Shown: piece by piece, positions 27,326 to 35,439 of the stretch
Layout of the letters: each line of letters starts with the position of its first letter
Position numbering within the stretch: position 1 is the stretch's first letter
NCBI GenBank assembly: GCA_031414455.1
Contig: JANNVM010000606.1
Span: 1 to 35,439, forward strand
Source of the DNA: Verrucomicrobiota bacterium
GTDB lineage: Bacteria; Verrucomicrobiota; Verrucomicrobiia; Verrucomicrobiales; V1-33
Length of the DNA stretch: 35,439 nucleotides
Direction: 5' to 3'
Position numbers and translations under genes: made by a program
Notes under the pieces: generated by a model
The model's input: only the letters and a program-made list of their open reading frames with translations
Database searches by the model: none
What the model was told of the DNA's origin: nothing

Positions 27326-28714
27326 TCATTTTTGTTCCACCTGAGTCACGACGCCGTTCACGCGGCCTTTGTGGAAGCGCGTTTGAAAGTTCTCGCCGAC
27401 CTGCAATTGCGCCGCTTCACGCACGACGCGTCCGGTGGCAGTAAGGGTACAGGTAAACCCGCGCTCGAGCGTCGCTTCGGGTCCAAGAGTGCGCAGCAGT
27501 CCGGCGTGTTTTTCCAACGATGACCGCAGCCTCTCCAGAGCCGCGGCAGCCCGGGCGGACAGGCGTTCGCCGAGCATTTGCAGCGTCGCGGCGCGCCGGG
27601 CCATCATTCGTTCAGGCGTGCGGAGTTCGAGGAGGTGCTGTGAGGAAATGACGGCCGCGTCGCGGCGCTGCAGATTGTCGGATATGAGCCGGCGCAGGGA
27701 ATCCTCGATGCCGTCGAGCCGCTGCCGCCAGGGAAGCAGCAGGCGTTCGGCATCCCGCTGCAGCGGGCCGCGGGCTGTGAGTTCGATGACCCGCTGCGCC
27801 GACTCCAGCGCCTGACGCACGCGGCGTTCCATGCGCTGGCCCTGACGTGTTAGACCGGCAAGGAGTTCTTCGCGGTCCGGCGCGAGCAGTTCCGCCGCGG
27901 CGCTCGGCGTAGGTGCCCGCAGGTCGGCGGTGAAATCGGCGATCGTGAAATCAATCTCGTGTCCCACGGCACTGATAACGGGAAGCCGGCAGGCGAAGAT
28001 CGCGCGGGCGACGACTTCTTCGTTGAAGCACCAGAGATCCTCGAGGCTGCCGCCGCCGCGCGCCACCACGACGGTGTCTATCACCGGGAGCGCCCGCCCG
28101 CTTTCACTGTCAACAAGCCGGAGTGCCGCGGCGATTTCGTGCTCGGCCCCTGCGCCCTGCACGCGCACCGGTGCGACGAGCACGCGCAGGTAAGGAGCGC
28201 GCCTCGCGAGCACATTCAGCATGTCCTGGAGCGCGGCACCCGTCGGCGAGGTCACGATCGCGACACAGCGGGGAAAGCGAGGGATGGCCTGCTTGTGCTC
28301 CACGGCGAACAGCCCCTCCGCGGCGAGCCGGCGCTTCAACTCTTCGAACTTCGCCTGCAAGGCCCCCTGGCCTGCCGCCTGCACTTTCTTCACCAGCATC
28401 TGATACTGGCCGCGGGCTTCATAGACGGTGACTTCGCCAAAAACCTGGACCAGCATCCCGTCCGCGAGCGGCGTCCTCACATACTGAGCGCTTCCTTTGA
28501 ACAGCACGCAACTCAATTGCGCTCCCGCATCCTTGAGCGTGAAATAATGGTGCCCGCTCGACTGGAGCCGGTGATTGCTGATTTCGCCCTGCACCCACAC
28601 GGAACCGATCTGACGCTCCAGCACTTCCTTCACGCGCCGGGTGAGTTGCGTGACGGTGAGGATGGGCACCGCGGGAGCAGCGGTGTCTTTTTGGCTGGAG
28701 GAAAACAGGTCCAC
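27326..28714 (-). CDS. xseA: Exodeoxyribonuclease VII large subunit
   Basis: VWVQGEISN, SGHHYFTLKD, VTSPTGAA, ARGGGSLEDLWCFNEE, SAVGHEIDFTIADF, RAPTPSAAAE. Confidence 0.97.
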   Translation of the reverse strand: MDLFSSSQKDTAAPAVPILTVTQLTRRVKEVLERQIGSVWVQGEISNHRLQSSGHHYFTLKDAGAQLSCVLFKGSAQYVRTPLADGMLVQVFGEVTVYEARGQYQMLVKKVQAAGQGALQAKFEELKRRLAAEGLFAVEHKQAIPRFPRCVAIVTSPTGAALQDMLNVLARRAPYLRVLVAPVRVQGAGAEHEIAAALRLVDSESGRALPVIDTVVVARGGGSLEDLWCFNEEVVARAIFACRLPVISAVGHEIDFTIADFTADLRAPTPSAAAELLAPDREELLAGLTRQGQRMERRVRQALESAQRVIELTARGPLQRDAERLLLPWRQRLDGIEDSLRRLISDNLQRRDAAVISSQHLLELRTPERMMARRAATLQMLGERLSARAAAALERLRSSLEKHAGLLRTLGPEATLERGFTCTLTATGRVVREAAQLQVGENFQTRFHKGRVNGVVTQVEQK

Positions 28715-28823
28715 GGCGGAATTTCGGGGGCACCGATAGTTCGTCTGCAGCCGTTGTCATCCTGAATGCCTCTGACCGTCCATTGCCCGGAAGGCAGCCC
28801 TGAAACCCCGCCGGTTGGACAGC

Positions 28824-28852
28824 TTGACGGAGCCAAAATGCGCTCCTACTCT
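28824..28852 (+). promoter_or_regulatory. Probable sigma70 promoter of the bamD-lptE operon (leaderless)
   Basis: TTGACG-N17-TACTCT-N7-ATG(28860). Confidence 0.6.
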
Positions 28853-28859
28853 CCCCATT

Positions 28860-30227
28860 ATGATACCCGACCTGAGACGCCTCGTTTTAGTCACCACGGC
28901 CCTGACCGCACTCCTCGCTGCGCAGGATGCGCACGCCTGGGGCAATCCATTTAAAAAGAAGAACAAAGCCACTTCGACTGTTCCTGCCGGGGAGGAAATG
29001 CGCGCCGCGGAGATGACCGCAGCGGAGTTGATGGGCCGGGCCCGGGCTGAGGAAGCCGCCGGCAAAGCCGGTGCCGCCATCGCCGGATACAAAAAAATCG
29101 TCACCACCTATGGTTACACCAGCATGGCACCTCCAGCGCAGTTCCGCATTGCGGCAGCACTGGAAAAGGACCGCAAGTACGAGAAGGCGTTCGAAGCCTA
29201 TCAGGAACTGATCACCAACTACCGCCAGACGCCGCAGTTTTCCGAAGCACTGGACCGTCAGTATGGCATCGCTTCCCAGAGCCGCTCGGAAAAAACCGGC
29301 CGCACGCTGGGCTTCAAGTCACGCATCGGTGCGGAGGATCAGGTCGCGATGTTCCAAAAGATCATCGCCAACGCCCCGCAGGGCACTCATGCCGCGGCGT
29401 CACAATACGAGATTGGTCTGATCCATGAGGAGGAAGAGGAGCGCGACTCCGCGATCTCCGCTTACAAGAAGGTGGTGCAGAACTATCCGCGCAGCCCGCT
29501 CGCCGTTGAAGCCCAGGGCAAAATCGGCAAGACCTACATGGCGAAGATTGACGAAGGCAGCCGTGACCGCAATAACATCACCGAAGCCCGCAAGGCTACA
29601 GAGGAAGGGATGGGTCTCTTCCCCGGGGCTCCTGGCGATATCATGGGCACGACCGGCGCGATAGACGACGCGGCGGCGGACAGTTCCTACGAGACCGGCC
29701 GGTTTTACCAGAAGAAGGGCAACTATCGCGCGGCGATGATTTACTACTCCGACGTGCTCAAAAATCCAGGCTCCAGCCACTACGAAGAGGTGCGTGACCG
29801 GGTGAATGAAATGAGCAGCAAAGATCCGACGGTGATGGATTCCATGAAGAACCTTGCGCTCGACACGCGCAGTCTCGCCGTGCCGGCCGCCGCAAACCTC
29901 AAGGGCAAGGCCGAGTATTTCGGCCCGCCCGGACCGAATCTCGCCTCAACCGTGCGCCGGCCGCAGATGCGCAGCGACTTTGTGCCTAACACTCCTCTGG
30001 AGCCCGGCGATTTGCCGGCGATTCCTGGAGCGCCCGACAATTCCCTGCTCGACCCCAACGCTCTCCCGCCGCCTGACACCACGACACCCATGCCGGAGGC
30101 CCCGCCGATTCTCGAGCCGACACCTGCTCCGGCACCCGAACCTCCGGCACCTGAAGCGCCGGCACCGGACGCAAAGGTGGAGGAAAAACCCGCCATTCCT
30201 GTGGAGGAGCAGCCCAAGGCCAACTGA
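28860..30227 (+). CDS. bamD: BamD-like TPR outer-membrane assembly protein with Pro-rich C-terminal tail
   Basis: Signal peptide (AHA-W); TPRs AFEAYQELITNYRQT and AISAYKKVVQNYPRS; YETGRFYQKKGNYRAAMIYY; adjacent to lptE. Confidence 0.75.
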   Translation: MIPDLRRLVLVTTALTALLAAQDAHAWGNPFKKKNKATSTVPAGEEMRAAEMTAAELMGRARAEEAAGKAGAAIAGYKKIVTTYGYTSMAPPAQFRIAAALEKDRKYEKAFEAYQELITNYRQTPQFSEALDRQYGIASQSRSEKTGRTLGFKSRIGAEDQVAMFQKIIANAPQGTHAAASQYEIGLIHEEEEERDSAISAYKKVVQNYPRSPLAVEAQGKIGKTYMAKIDEGSRDRNNITEARKATEEGMGLFPGAPGDIMGTTGAIDDAAADSSYETGRFYQKKGNYRAAMIYYSDVLKNPGSSHYEEVRDRVNEMSSKDPTVMDSMKNLALDTRSLAVPAAANLKGKAEYFGPPGPNLASTVRRPQMRSDFVPNTPLEPGDLPAIPGAPDNSLLDPNALPPPDTTTPMPEAPPILEPTPAPAPEPPAPEAPAPDAKVEEKPAIPVEEQPKAN

Positions 30228-30246
30228 CCGCTGCGGAGCCACTCGC

Positions 30247-30855
30247 ATGATGTTTTCCTCCGCATTCCGCGCCCTTCTCGCCGCCGCCGGGGCGCTCGCT
30301 CTCACTTCCTGTGCCGGATACCGGCTTGGTGCAGACCAGCCGGCCGTCATGGAAGGCGTGCAGACCATTGCGGTTCCCGTGTTCCGGAACGACTCCACCA
30401 TTCCCCGCTCTGCTGTTGTTATTACCAATCGCGTAGTCCGCCAGTTCCAGGTGGATGGCACCTATCGCATTGAAGACACGAGCCGGGCGGATGCGATCGT
30501 CCGCGGCACCATTCGCCCGGTGCGCCGCCAGCAGTTGCGCAACGACAAATACAACGTTCTGCGCACCATTGAGCAGGAAGTCCGGCTCGTGCTCGACTAC
30601 TCGGTTGAGACCCGCAGCGGTGCCGTCATCACGACGGGTACTGTCGAGGGCTCCACGAGCGCCTTTCTTGACTCCAACTTCCAGCGCAGTGAATCCCAGG
30701 CACTCGACGAAGCCGCGTCCCGCCTCGCCGACGATCTCGTGAGCCGGCTCTCCGAGGGCTGGGGCAGTGCAGATTTGCCGGTATCGGCTGCCTCCCAATC
30801 CAGCGCCCCGCCAAAATCGGAACTGGAGTCGAAGATTCCGTTCCTTGGCCGGTGA
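30247..30855 (+). CDS. lptE: LPS assembly lipoprotein LptE family
   Basis: Lipobox LTSC followed by AGYRLG; TIAVPVFRNDS; ADAIVRGTI; C-terminal helix LADDLVSRLSEGW. Confidence 0.85.
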   Translation: MMFSSAFRALLAAAGALALTSCAGYRLGADQPAVMEGVQTIAVPVFRNDSTIPRSAVVITNRVVRQFQVDGTYRIEDTSRADAIVRGTIRPVRRQQLRNDKYNVLRTIEQEVRLVLDYSVETRSGAVITTGTVEGSTSAFLDSNFQRSESQALDEAASRLADDLVSRLSEGWGSADLPVSAASQSSAPPKSELESKIPFLGR

Positions 30856-30953
30856 GCGGGGATTCCCGGAATCTGCAAGCCCGGTCCGCAAAGGAATCCT
30901 TCGCAACTGCGGACTCGACATTCCGTCATTCCCCTCCTTTTCTCCGCATCGTT

Positions 30954-31928
30954 ATGAAAACCATTCTTCTCGCTGCCGCCCTTCTCGTTCCGCTGTTCGC
31001 CCACGCTGACGATCCGAAAAAGGAACCGGGAAAATCTGCCCCCGTGGTAGCGATGGAACGTGCGCAGGCGGATGAAGACTACGGGATTCAGGGGGAATAT
31101 TCCGGAATGCTGGACGGAAAGAAAACGGGCGTGCAGGTCATCGCCCTTGGCGGAGGTAAATTCGATGCCGTGCTCTATCGCGGAGGATTGCCGGGCGACG
31201 GCTGGAGCGGCAAAAAAAATGAAATCGACCGCGGCAGTGCCGTGCGGGCGGACGCGGCCGTTAAACTAACACTGGCAGGTCAGACCGGAACTGTTGCCGG
31301 TGGAAAACTAACGCTCGGCACCGGCACCCTGGACCGTGTCGAGCGCAAAAGCCCCACGATGGGCGCGGCCATGCCCGCAGGCGGAATTGCGCTCTTTGAC
31401 GGAACGAATGCCGACGCATGGGACGGCCAGGGAATGAGTGAAGATAAACTTCTCAAGCAGGGACAGAATTCGAAACAGAAATTTCAGAGCTATACGGTCC
31501 ATCTTGAGTTCATGCTGGCCTACAAACCGGATGCGCGGGGTCAGGAGCGCGGGAACAGCGGATTCTATAACCAAAGCCGCTATGAAGTGCAGGTGCTCGA
31601 CAGTTTCGGACTCGAAGGGAAGGACAACGAATGCGGCGGCATTTACTCCGTCAAAGCACCCGACCTCAACATGTGCCTTCCCCCGCTCCAGTGGCAGACC
31701 TACGATATCGAATTCACCGCCGCGAAATTTGACGCTTCCGGCAAGAAGACCGCCCATGCGAGGACCACCGTAAAGCATAATGGCGTGATCATTCACAAGG
31801 ATGTGGAAATCCCCCACGCGACCACTGCGGCGCCTCTCGGCGAAGGCCCGGAGCCCGGCCCGTTTCACTTGCAGGACCACGGGAATCCCGTGCGCTATCG
31901 CAACATCTGGATCGTGGAGAAGAAATAG
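30954..31928 (+). CDS. DUF1080 (3-keto-disaccharide hydrolase-like) secreted protein
   Basis: Signal peptide MKTILLAAALL; LFDGTN, RGNSG, YEVQVLDS, WQTYDIEF, LQDHGNPVRYRNIW. Confidence 0.92.
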   Translation: MKTILLAAALLVPLFAHADDPKKEPGKSAPVVAMERAQADEDYGIQGEYSGMLDGKKTGVQVIALGGGKFDAVLYRGGLPGDGWSGKKNEIDRGSAVRADAAVKLTLAGQTGTVAGGKLTLGTGTLDRVERKSPTMGAAMPAGGIALFDGTNADAWDGQGMSEDKLLKQGQNSKQKFQSYTVHLEFMLAYKPDARGQERGNSGFYNQSRYEVQVLDSFGLEGKDNECGGIYSVKAPDLNMCLPPLQWQTYDIEFTAAKFDASGKKTAHARTTVKHNGVIIHKDVEIPHATTAAPLGEGPEPGPFHLQDHGNPVRYRNIWIVEKK

Positions 31929-31959
31929 GCGGCGTGCCTCAGAGACTTCACGTCCTGAA

Positions 31960-31994
31960 CAATTCGTAAATCATAAATCGCAAATCATAAATAA
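31960..31994 (+). repeat. 5x YAAATCR-like heptamer directly upstream of ybaB
   Basis: caattcg-taaatca-taaatcg-caaatca-taaataa, then a-ATG(31996); same unit as 21954-21988. Confidence 0.8.
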
Positions 31995-31995
31995 A

Positions 31996-32310
31996 ATGGA
32001 CCTCTCGAAAATGATGAAGCAGGCGCAGAAGATGCAGAAAGACATGGCCACTGCGCAGGCCGCCCTCGCTGAACGCACTGTGGAAGCCACCGCCGGCGGC
32101 GGTAAAGTCACCGTCACCGCCACGGCCGCCGGTGATGTGACCGGCATTCGCATTGACCCGTCAGTCGTGGATCCCACCGACGTGGAAATACTCGAAGACC
32201 TCGTGCTCACCGGCGTGCGTGCGGCCCTCGCGGAAGGCCGGCGTGTGAGCGAGACGGAAATGAAGAAGATTACCGCCGGCATGGGACTGCCGCCGGGAAT
32301 GGGATTCTGA
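31996..32310 (+). CDS. ybaB: YbaB/EbfC nucleoid-associated protein
   Basis: MMKQAQKMQ, VEATAGGGKVTV, IDPSVVDPTDVEILEDLV, GMGLPPGMGF. Confidence 0.95.
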   Translation: MDLSKMMKQAQKMQKDMATAQAALAERTVEATAGGGKVTVTATAAGDVTGIRIDPSVVDPTDVEILEDLVLTGVRAALAEGRRVSETEMKKITAGMGLPPGMGF

Positions 32311-32522
32311 ACGCGGCCTCACTCAGGCCGGAAGAGTGAGCCGGGCGATCCGCAGTTCCCTGCTTGAATGCGGCACGTTCCCTGTCGAGTACCCGTATGG
32401 CTCCGATGATCAGGCACCTGGACCAACAACCACGCCGAATTCAGGCCGTCTGTGTGGCGTTGTCTCTTGGCCTTGGACAATTCCTGACACAAACCGCAAC
32501 CTGCAGCGAGTGGCCGGACGGA

Positions 32523-32810
32523 TTGAATTCCTTTCTCAAGGCGATCAAGGAAGAGGATTCCAACCTGCTCGACCGCACGATGATCCTTTATGGATCGCAC
32601 CTCGGCAACGCCAGCAGCCATAACAACACCAACATGCCGATCCTGCTGGCCGGCGGCGGCTTCAAGCATGGCCAGCACCTTGCCTTCGATCCGGAAAACA
32701 ATTACCCGCTGCCCAGACTGTTCGTTTCCATGCTGCAACACCTCGGGCTGGAGGTTGACACTTTCGCGTCCGGCAAGGGGACGATGACGGGGCTGGACCC
32801 CACAGCGTGA
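32523..32810 (+). pseudogene. C-terminal fragment of a DUF1552 (HXXSHH) protein
   Basis: [38 protein letters not shown]...[10 protein letters not shown]...[11 protein letters not shown]; the N-terminal bulk of the family is absent and there is no credible start. Confidence 0.75.
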
Positions 32811-32843
32811 ATGGTGCCCGCAGGATCATCCCGCGGCAAGTGG

Positions 32844-33581
32844 CTAGCCTTTCTTGCGAATGGCGAAGGCGATCAGCAGACCGATACCGAAGGACGCGGC
32901 AACAATGAGCCAGAAGTTTCCGGGGGAGTTCGGGATCGGGCTTTTTACATCCATGGCGAGAATGCTCGCAACGGCGGTCAGCGGAAGGAAGATGGCGGCG
33001 ATCACATTGAGCCGGTGGGCGGTGACCGTCATGCGGCGGGCATTCTCCGCCTGCGCCTCTGCCTGACGCGCCGCGATATAACTGAGGCCGAACTGCGCGT
33101 CCTGAAGCAACAGTTCGCCGGTGCGTTCGAGAGCCGCGGCACGGTCGCGGTGGCTGATGAGTTCCCGGTCCTCCTTCACCAGTTCCCGGCCCTGCTGGAG
33201 CGCCCGGTGGAGTTGTCGAACGGCACGCAGCAACGGAGCAGTGCCTTCAAGAACGTCGTGATATTCCGCAGCCGTGGTGGCCTTGTTCTCCCTGGCTTCG
33301 AGGTCGAACAGGGGCCTTTCGAAATTGGTGAGATAATCCCCCAGGGTCCCGGATGGCGTGGCATTCCGATGAATCTTCCATTCACCTGCGGGCTGCCGCC
33401 AGCAAAAGACGGGAATGCGCTCGATCATTCCCGGAGCCGGCGGTTCGTGGAGAATCAGCAGCAGGTGACCCTCTTCGAAAATGGCCCGCTGGGCACCGGC
33501 CTCACGTCCGAGCCGCAAACGGATGGAGGCGGGAATTTGCCAGTTATGCGGAAGCGGCGAGGGAAGTTGAGAGGGAGTCAT
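32844..33581 (-). CDS. CorA-like divalent cation transporter family protein (short form)
   Basis: Helical N-region, then RLNVIAAIFLPLTAVASILAMDV and a second TM helix ending in RKKG; start 33581 or 33587. Confidence 0.7.
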   Translation of the reverse strand: MTPSQLPSPLPHNWQIPASIRLRLGREAGAQRAIFEEGHLLLILHEPPAPGMIERIPVFCWRQPAGEWKIHRNATPSGTLGDYLTNFERPLFDLEARENKATTAAEYHDVLEGTAPLLRAVRQLHRALQQGRELVKEDRELISHRDRAAALERTGELLLQDAQFGLSYIAARQAEAQAENARRMTVTAHRLNVIAAIFLPLTAVASILAMDVKSPIPNSPGNFWLIVAASFGIGLLIAFAIRKKG

Positions 33582-33624
33582 GACCACGGAATGCTATCCA
33601 TGCCGCGCGCCAGGGCAAGCCGCC

Positions 33625-34308
33625 TCACAACGGCGGCCGCAGCGTGAGCCGGCGCTTCATTCCGGACTGACTCGCTTGATAGACGATACCGCTGCTTACA
33701 TCGAGGCAGGAAAGAAAGCCGCCGCCGTAGGCCCAGGTGTCGATGCAGATGGTATGGCCGAGGTTCAGCGGAACCCCGGTGCTCTGGGAAGTGTGGCCGC
33801 AGATCATCGTTTTGCCCGAATGGTGAGCCTTTGGATTCTTCGTGAGGAATTCCCAGAACAGCACCACCGGAGGCTGCTCTTGAAGTGGAATTTCAGGCGA
33901 CAAATTCGCATGCACAAAGATGTGCCTGTCCGTTTCCCAGTAGTCGAAGAATTCGCTCTCAAGAAACTCCCAGTGCTCCGCCGGGACGTCGGAGTGGGTC
34001 GGATTCTCCTTGTCGGGCGCGTAAGACTTCAGCGTTTGCCGCCCTCCATGTCCGCGCCAGTCCTGGTCCCACACCGGATCGCCGCGGGAGCGGAGCATCA
34101 TAATCTCGTGATTTCCCTTCAACAGAATGACCTGACAGAACGACTTCAGTTGCATGAGCCGGGTGATCACGCCGCAGGAGTCCGGCCCGCGGTCCACCAC
34201 ATCACCGAGGACGATGAGGGTGTCCTGCGGAGTCAGTTTGGCGAACCGGATAAGATGATCAAAAGCCGCAAGGCAGCCGTGGATGTCGCCGATGGCGAGC
34301 GTGCGCAT
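33625..34308 (-). CDS. PPP-family metallophosphoesterase (Ser/Thr protein phosphatase-like)
   Basis: GDIHG, GDVVDRG, GNHE, FVHA, CGHT, IDT. Confidence 0.93.
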   Translation of the reverse strand: MRTLAIGDIHGCLAAFDHLIRFAKLTPQDTLIVLGDVVDRGPDSCGVITRLMQLKSFCQVILLKGNHEIMMLRSRGDPVWDQDWRGHGGRQTLKSYAPDKENPTHSDVPAEHWEFLESEFFDYWETDRHIFVHANLSPEIPLQEQPPVVLFWEFLTKNPKAHHSGKTMICGHTSQSTGVPLNLGHTICIDTWAYGGGFLSCLDVSSGIVYQASQSGMKRRLTLRPPL

Positions 34309-34329
34309 GTGTCAGGGGATGCGCGCTTC

Positions 34330-35439
34330 TCAGATCCCCTCCACACTCCAGCCGTCACGGAATTTCGGCCGCACAAATGCCGTGGCCTCATCAGCGCCGG
34401 CGAATTTCATGGCGGCACTGTCCCATGTGAGTTTTTTACCTGGAAACCGCACCGCAATAGTGCCGAGATGAGCAGCTTCCGTGAGCGGCACGGCATAGTC
34501 GAAATGACTCGTCGTCTTCCCTTCCCCGAGGCACGCGAGCACGAAACTCGTGTAGTGCTCCTGCGGACTGCCGGGCACCAGCTGCTTTTTCAGCGCCCGG
34601 TATTCGACCTCTTTCGTCAGCGGGAGAAGCTGCGGACGGGCACCGAAGTGAACGATCATCAGCGTCCCGTTCTCACCGACAAATGCCGAACCGTTGCCGG
34701 GAAGGTCGCGCCCCTCGAGACCGGGAATCACGTCCTTCGCAGGCTGCTTGCCGCCATCGTACCAGTAGAGCGGCATCGTTTTCCCTGCCGTGCGCTCATT
34801 GCCGGCGAATTCGTAGCGGAATGCCTCCCACTGCGGCCATGAATCGCCGCGGCGCTTCGCGTCATCGAGCCATGCCTGCTCCGCTCCGGTGCATTCCACA
34901 GTAATCGGAGCAGCGAGATCGAGCGCCTTGTAGGCATTGTCCATGATGTGGCAGGTGAAGTCCGCGACCGCACCGCCGCCAAAATCCTGCCAGCCGCGCC
35001 AGTTGAACGGATGATAGCTGCCGTTCCGGTAGGGCCGCTCCGGCGCCACGCCGAGCCAGAGATTCCAGTCGAGCCCCTCCGGCAGCGGCTCCGCGCCGTC
35101 AGGACGCGCCGCCTGCGGAAACTGCGCGCCGGTCCAGCAGTGGACCTCTTTCACTTTGCCAATCACGCCATCACGAATCATCTGCACCGTCGTGCGATAC
35201 TCGCTGCTGCTTTGGATTTGATTTCCCATCTGTGTGACCACACCCGCCTTTTGTGCCGCCGCGCGCAGTGCGTGGGCTTCATAAATCGTGCGCGTGAGCG
35301 GCTTCTGACAATAAACGTGCTTCTTCCGGTTGAGCGCATTCATTGCGATAATGGCGTGCATGTGATCCGGGACCGTGACGTTCACACTCTCAAATTTGTC
35401 GCTCTCATTCGCAAACAGTTCACGCCAGTCCTGATAAAT
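34330..35439 (-). CDS. Gfo/Idh/MocA oxidoreductase, 5' end outside window
   Basis: Frame is open to the window end (IYQDWRELF...VNVTVPDHMH); HVYCQKPL, TQMGNQ, WNLWLG, WRGWQDFGGG. Confidence 0.93.
   Translation of the reverse strand: MYQDWRELFANESDKFESVNVTVPDHMHAIIAMNALNRKKHVYCQKPLTRTIYEAHALRAAAQKAGVVTQMGNQIQSSSEYRTTVQMIRDGVIGKVKEVHCWTGAQFPQAARPDGAEPLPEGLDWNLWLGVAPERPYRNGSYHPFNWRGWQDFGGGAVADFTCHIMDNAYKALDLAAPITVECTGAEQAWLDDAKRRGDSWPQWEAFRYEFAGNERTAGKTMPLYWYDGGKQPAKDVIPGLEGRDLPGNGSAFVGENGTLMIVHFGARPQLLPLTKEVEYRALKKQLVPGSPQEHYTSFVLACLGEGKTTSHFDYAVPLTEAAHLGTIAVRFPGKKLTWDSAAMKFAGADEATAFVRPKFRDGWSVEGI

Noticed and set aside
30225-30250. Possible fourth ECF promoter (tgacc...ctcgcatga) before lptE
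   Set aside because: Spacing is 4 nt shorter than the three matched copies, it overlaps the bamD stop, and ATGA is simply the lptE start.
31801-31995. N-terminal extension of the ybaB ORF
   Set aside because: Overlaps the DUF1080 gene and the heptamer array; the family sequence starts at ATG 31996.
33625-34308. Phosphatase as the cognate partner of the Ser/Thr kinase
   Set aside because: About 10 kb away, in a different operon, with no ECF motif upstream; nothing in the sequence links them.

Overview
GC-rich bacterial chromosomal window. The gene content (PSD1/DUF1549-DUF1553, DUF1501, DUF1552, DUF1080, TIGR02999-type ECF sigma plus TPR kinase, imelysin plus di-haem protein) points to the PVC superphylum, most likely Verrucomicrobiota; this is an inference. 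About 25 CDS are supported, two of them cut by the window ends, plus two gene fragments. I saw no rRNA, tRNA, CRISPR array, transposase or integrase. The main observations are: (1) a phosphorylation-type ECF sigma/Ser-Thr kinase module whose probable promoter motif RTGATNC-N15-CTCGCATGA occurs three times with identical spacing, ahead of the kinase-GNAT pair, a small unknown protein and a secreted phytase-like protein, giving a local regulon readable from the sequence; (2) a ~560-nt intergenic element of six nested inverted repeats built from several different repeat types; (3) heptamer tandem arrays that occur as inverted pairs and inside coding sequence (a kinase linker and a probable signal peptide); (4) a PSD1-DUF1501 pair split by a large TPM-like gene and a toxin-antitoxin module, with a diverged relic of the PSD1 3' end at the junction. 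Family assignments come from motif recognition by eye, not database searches.
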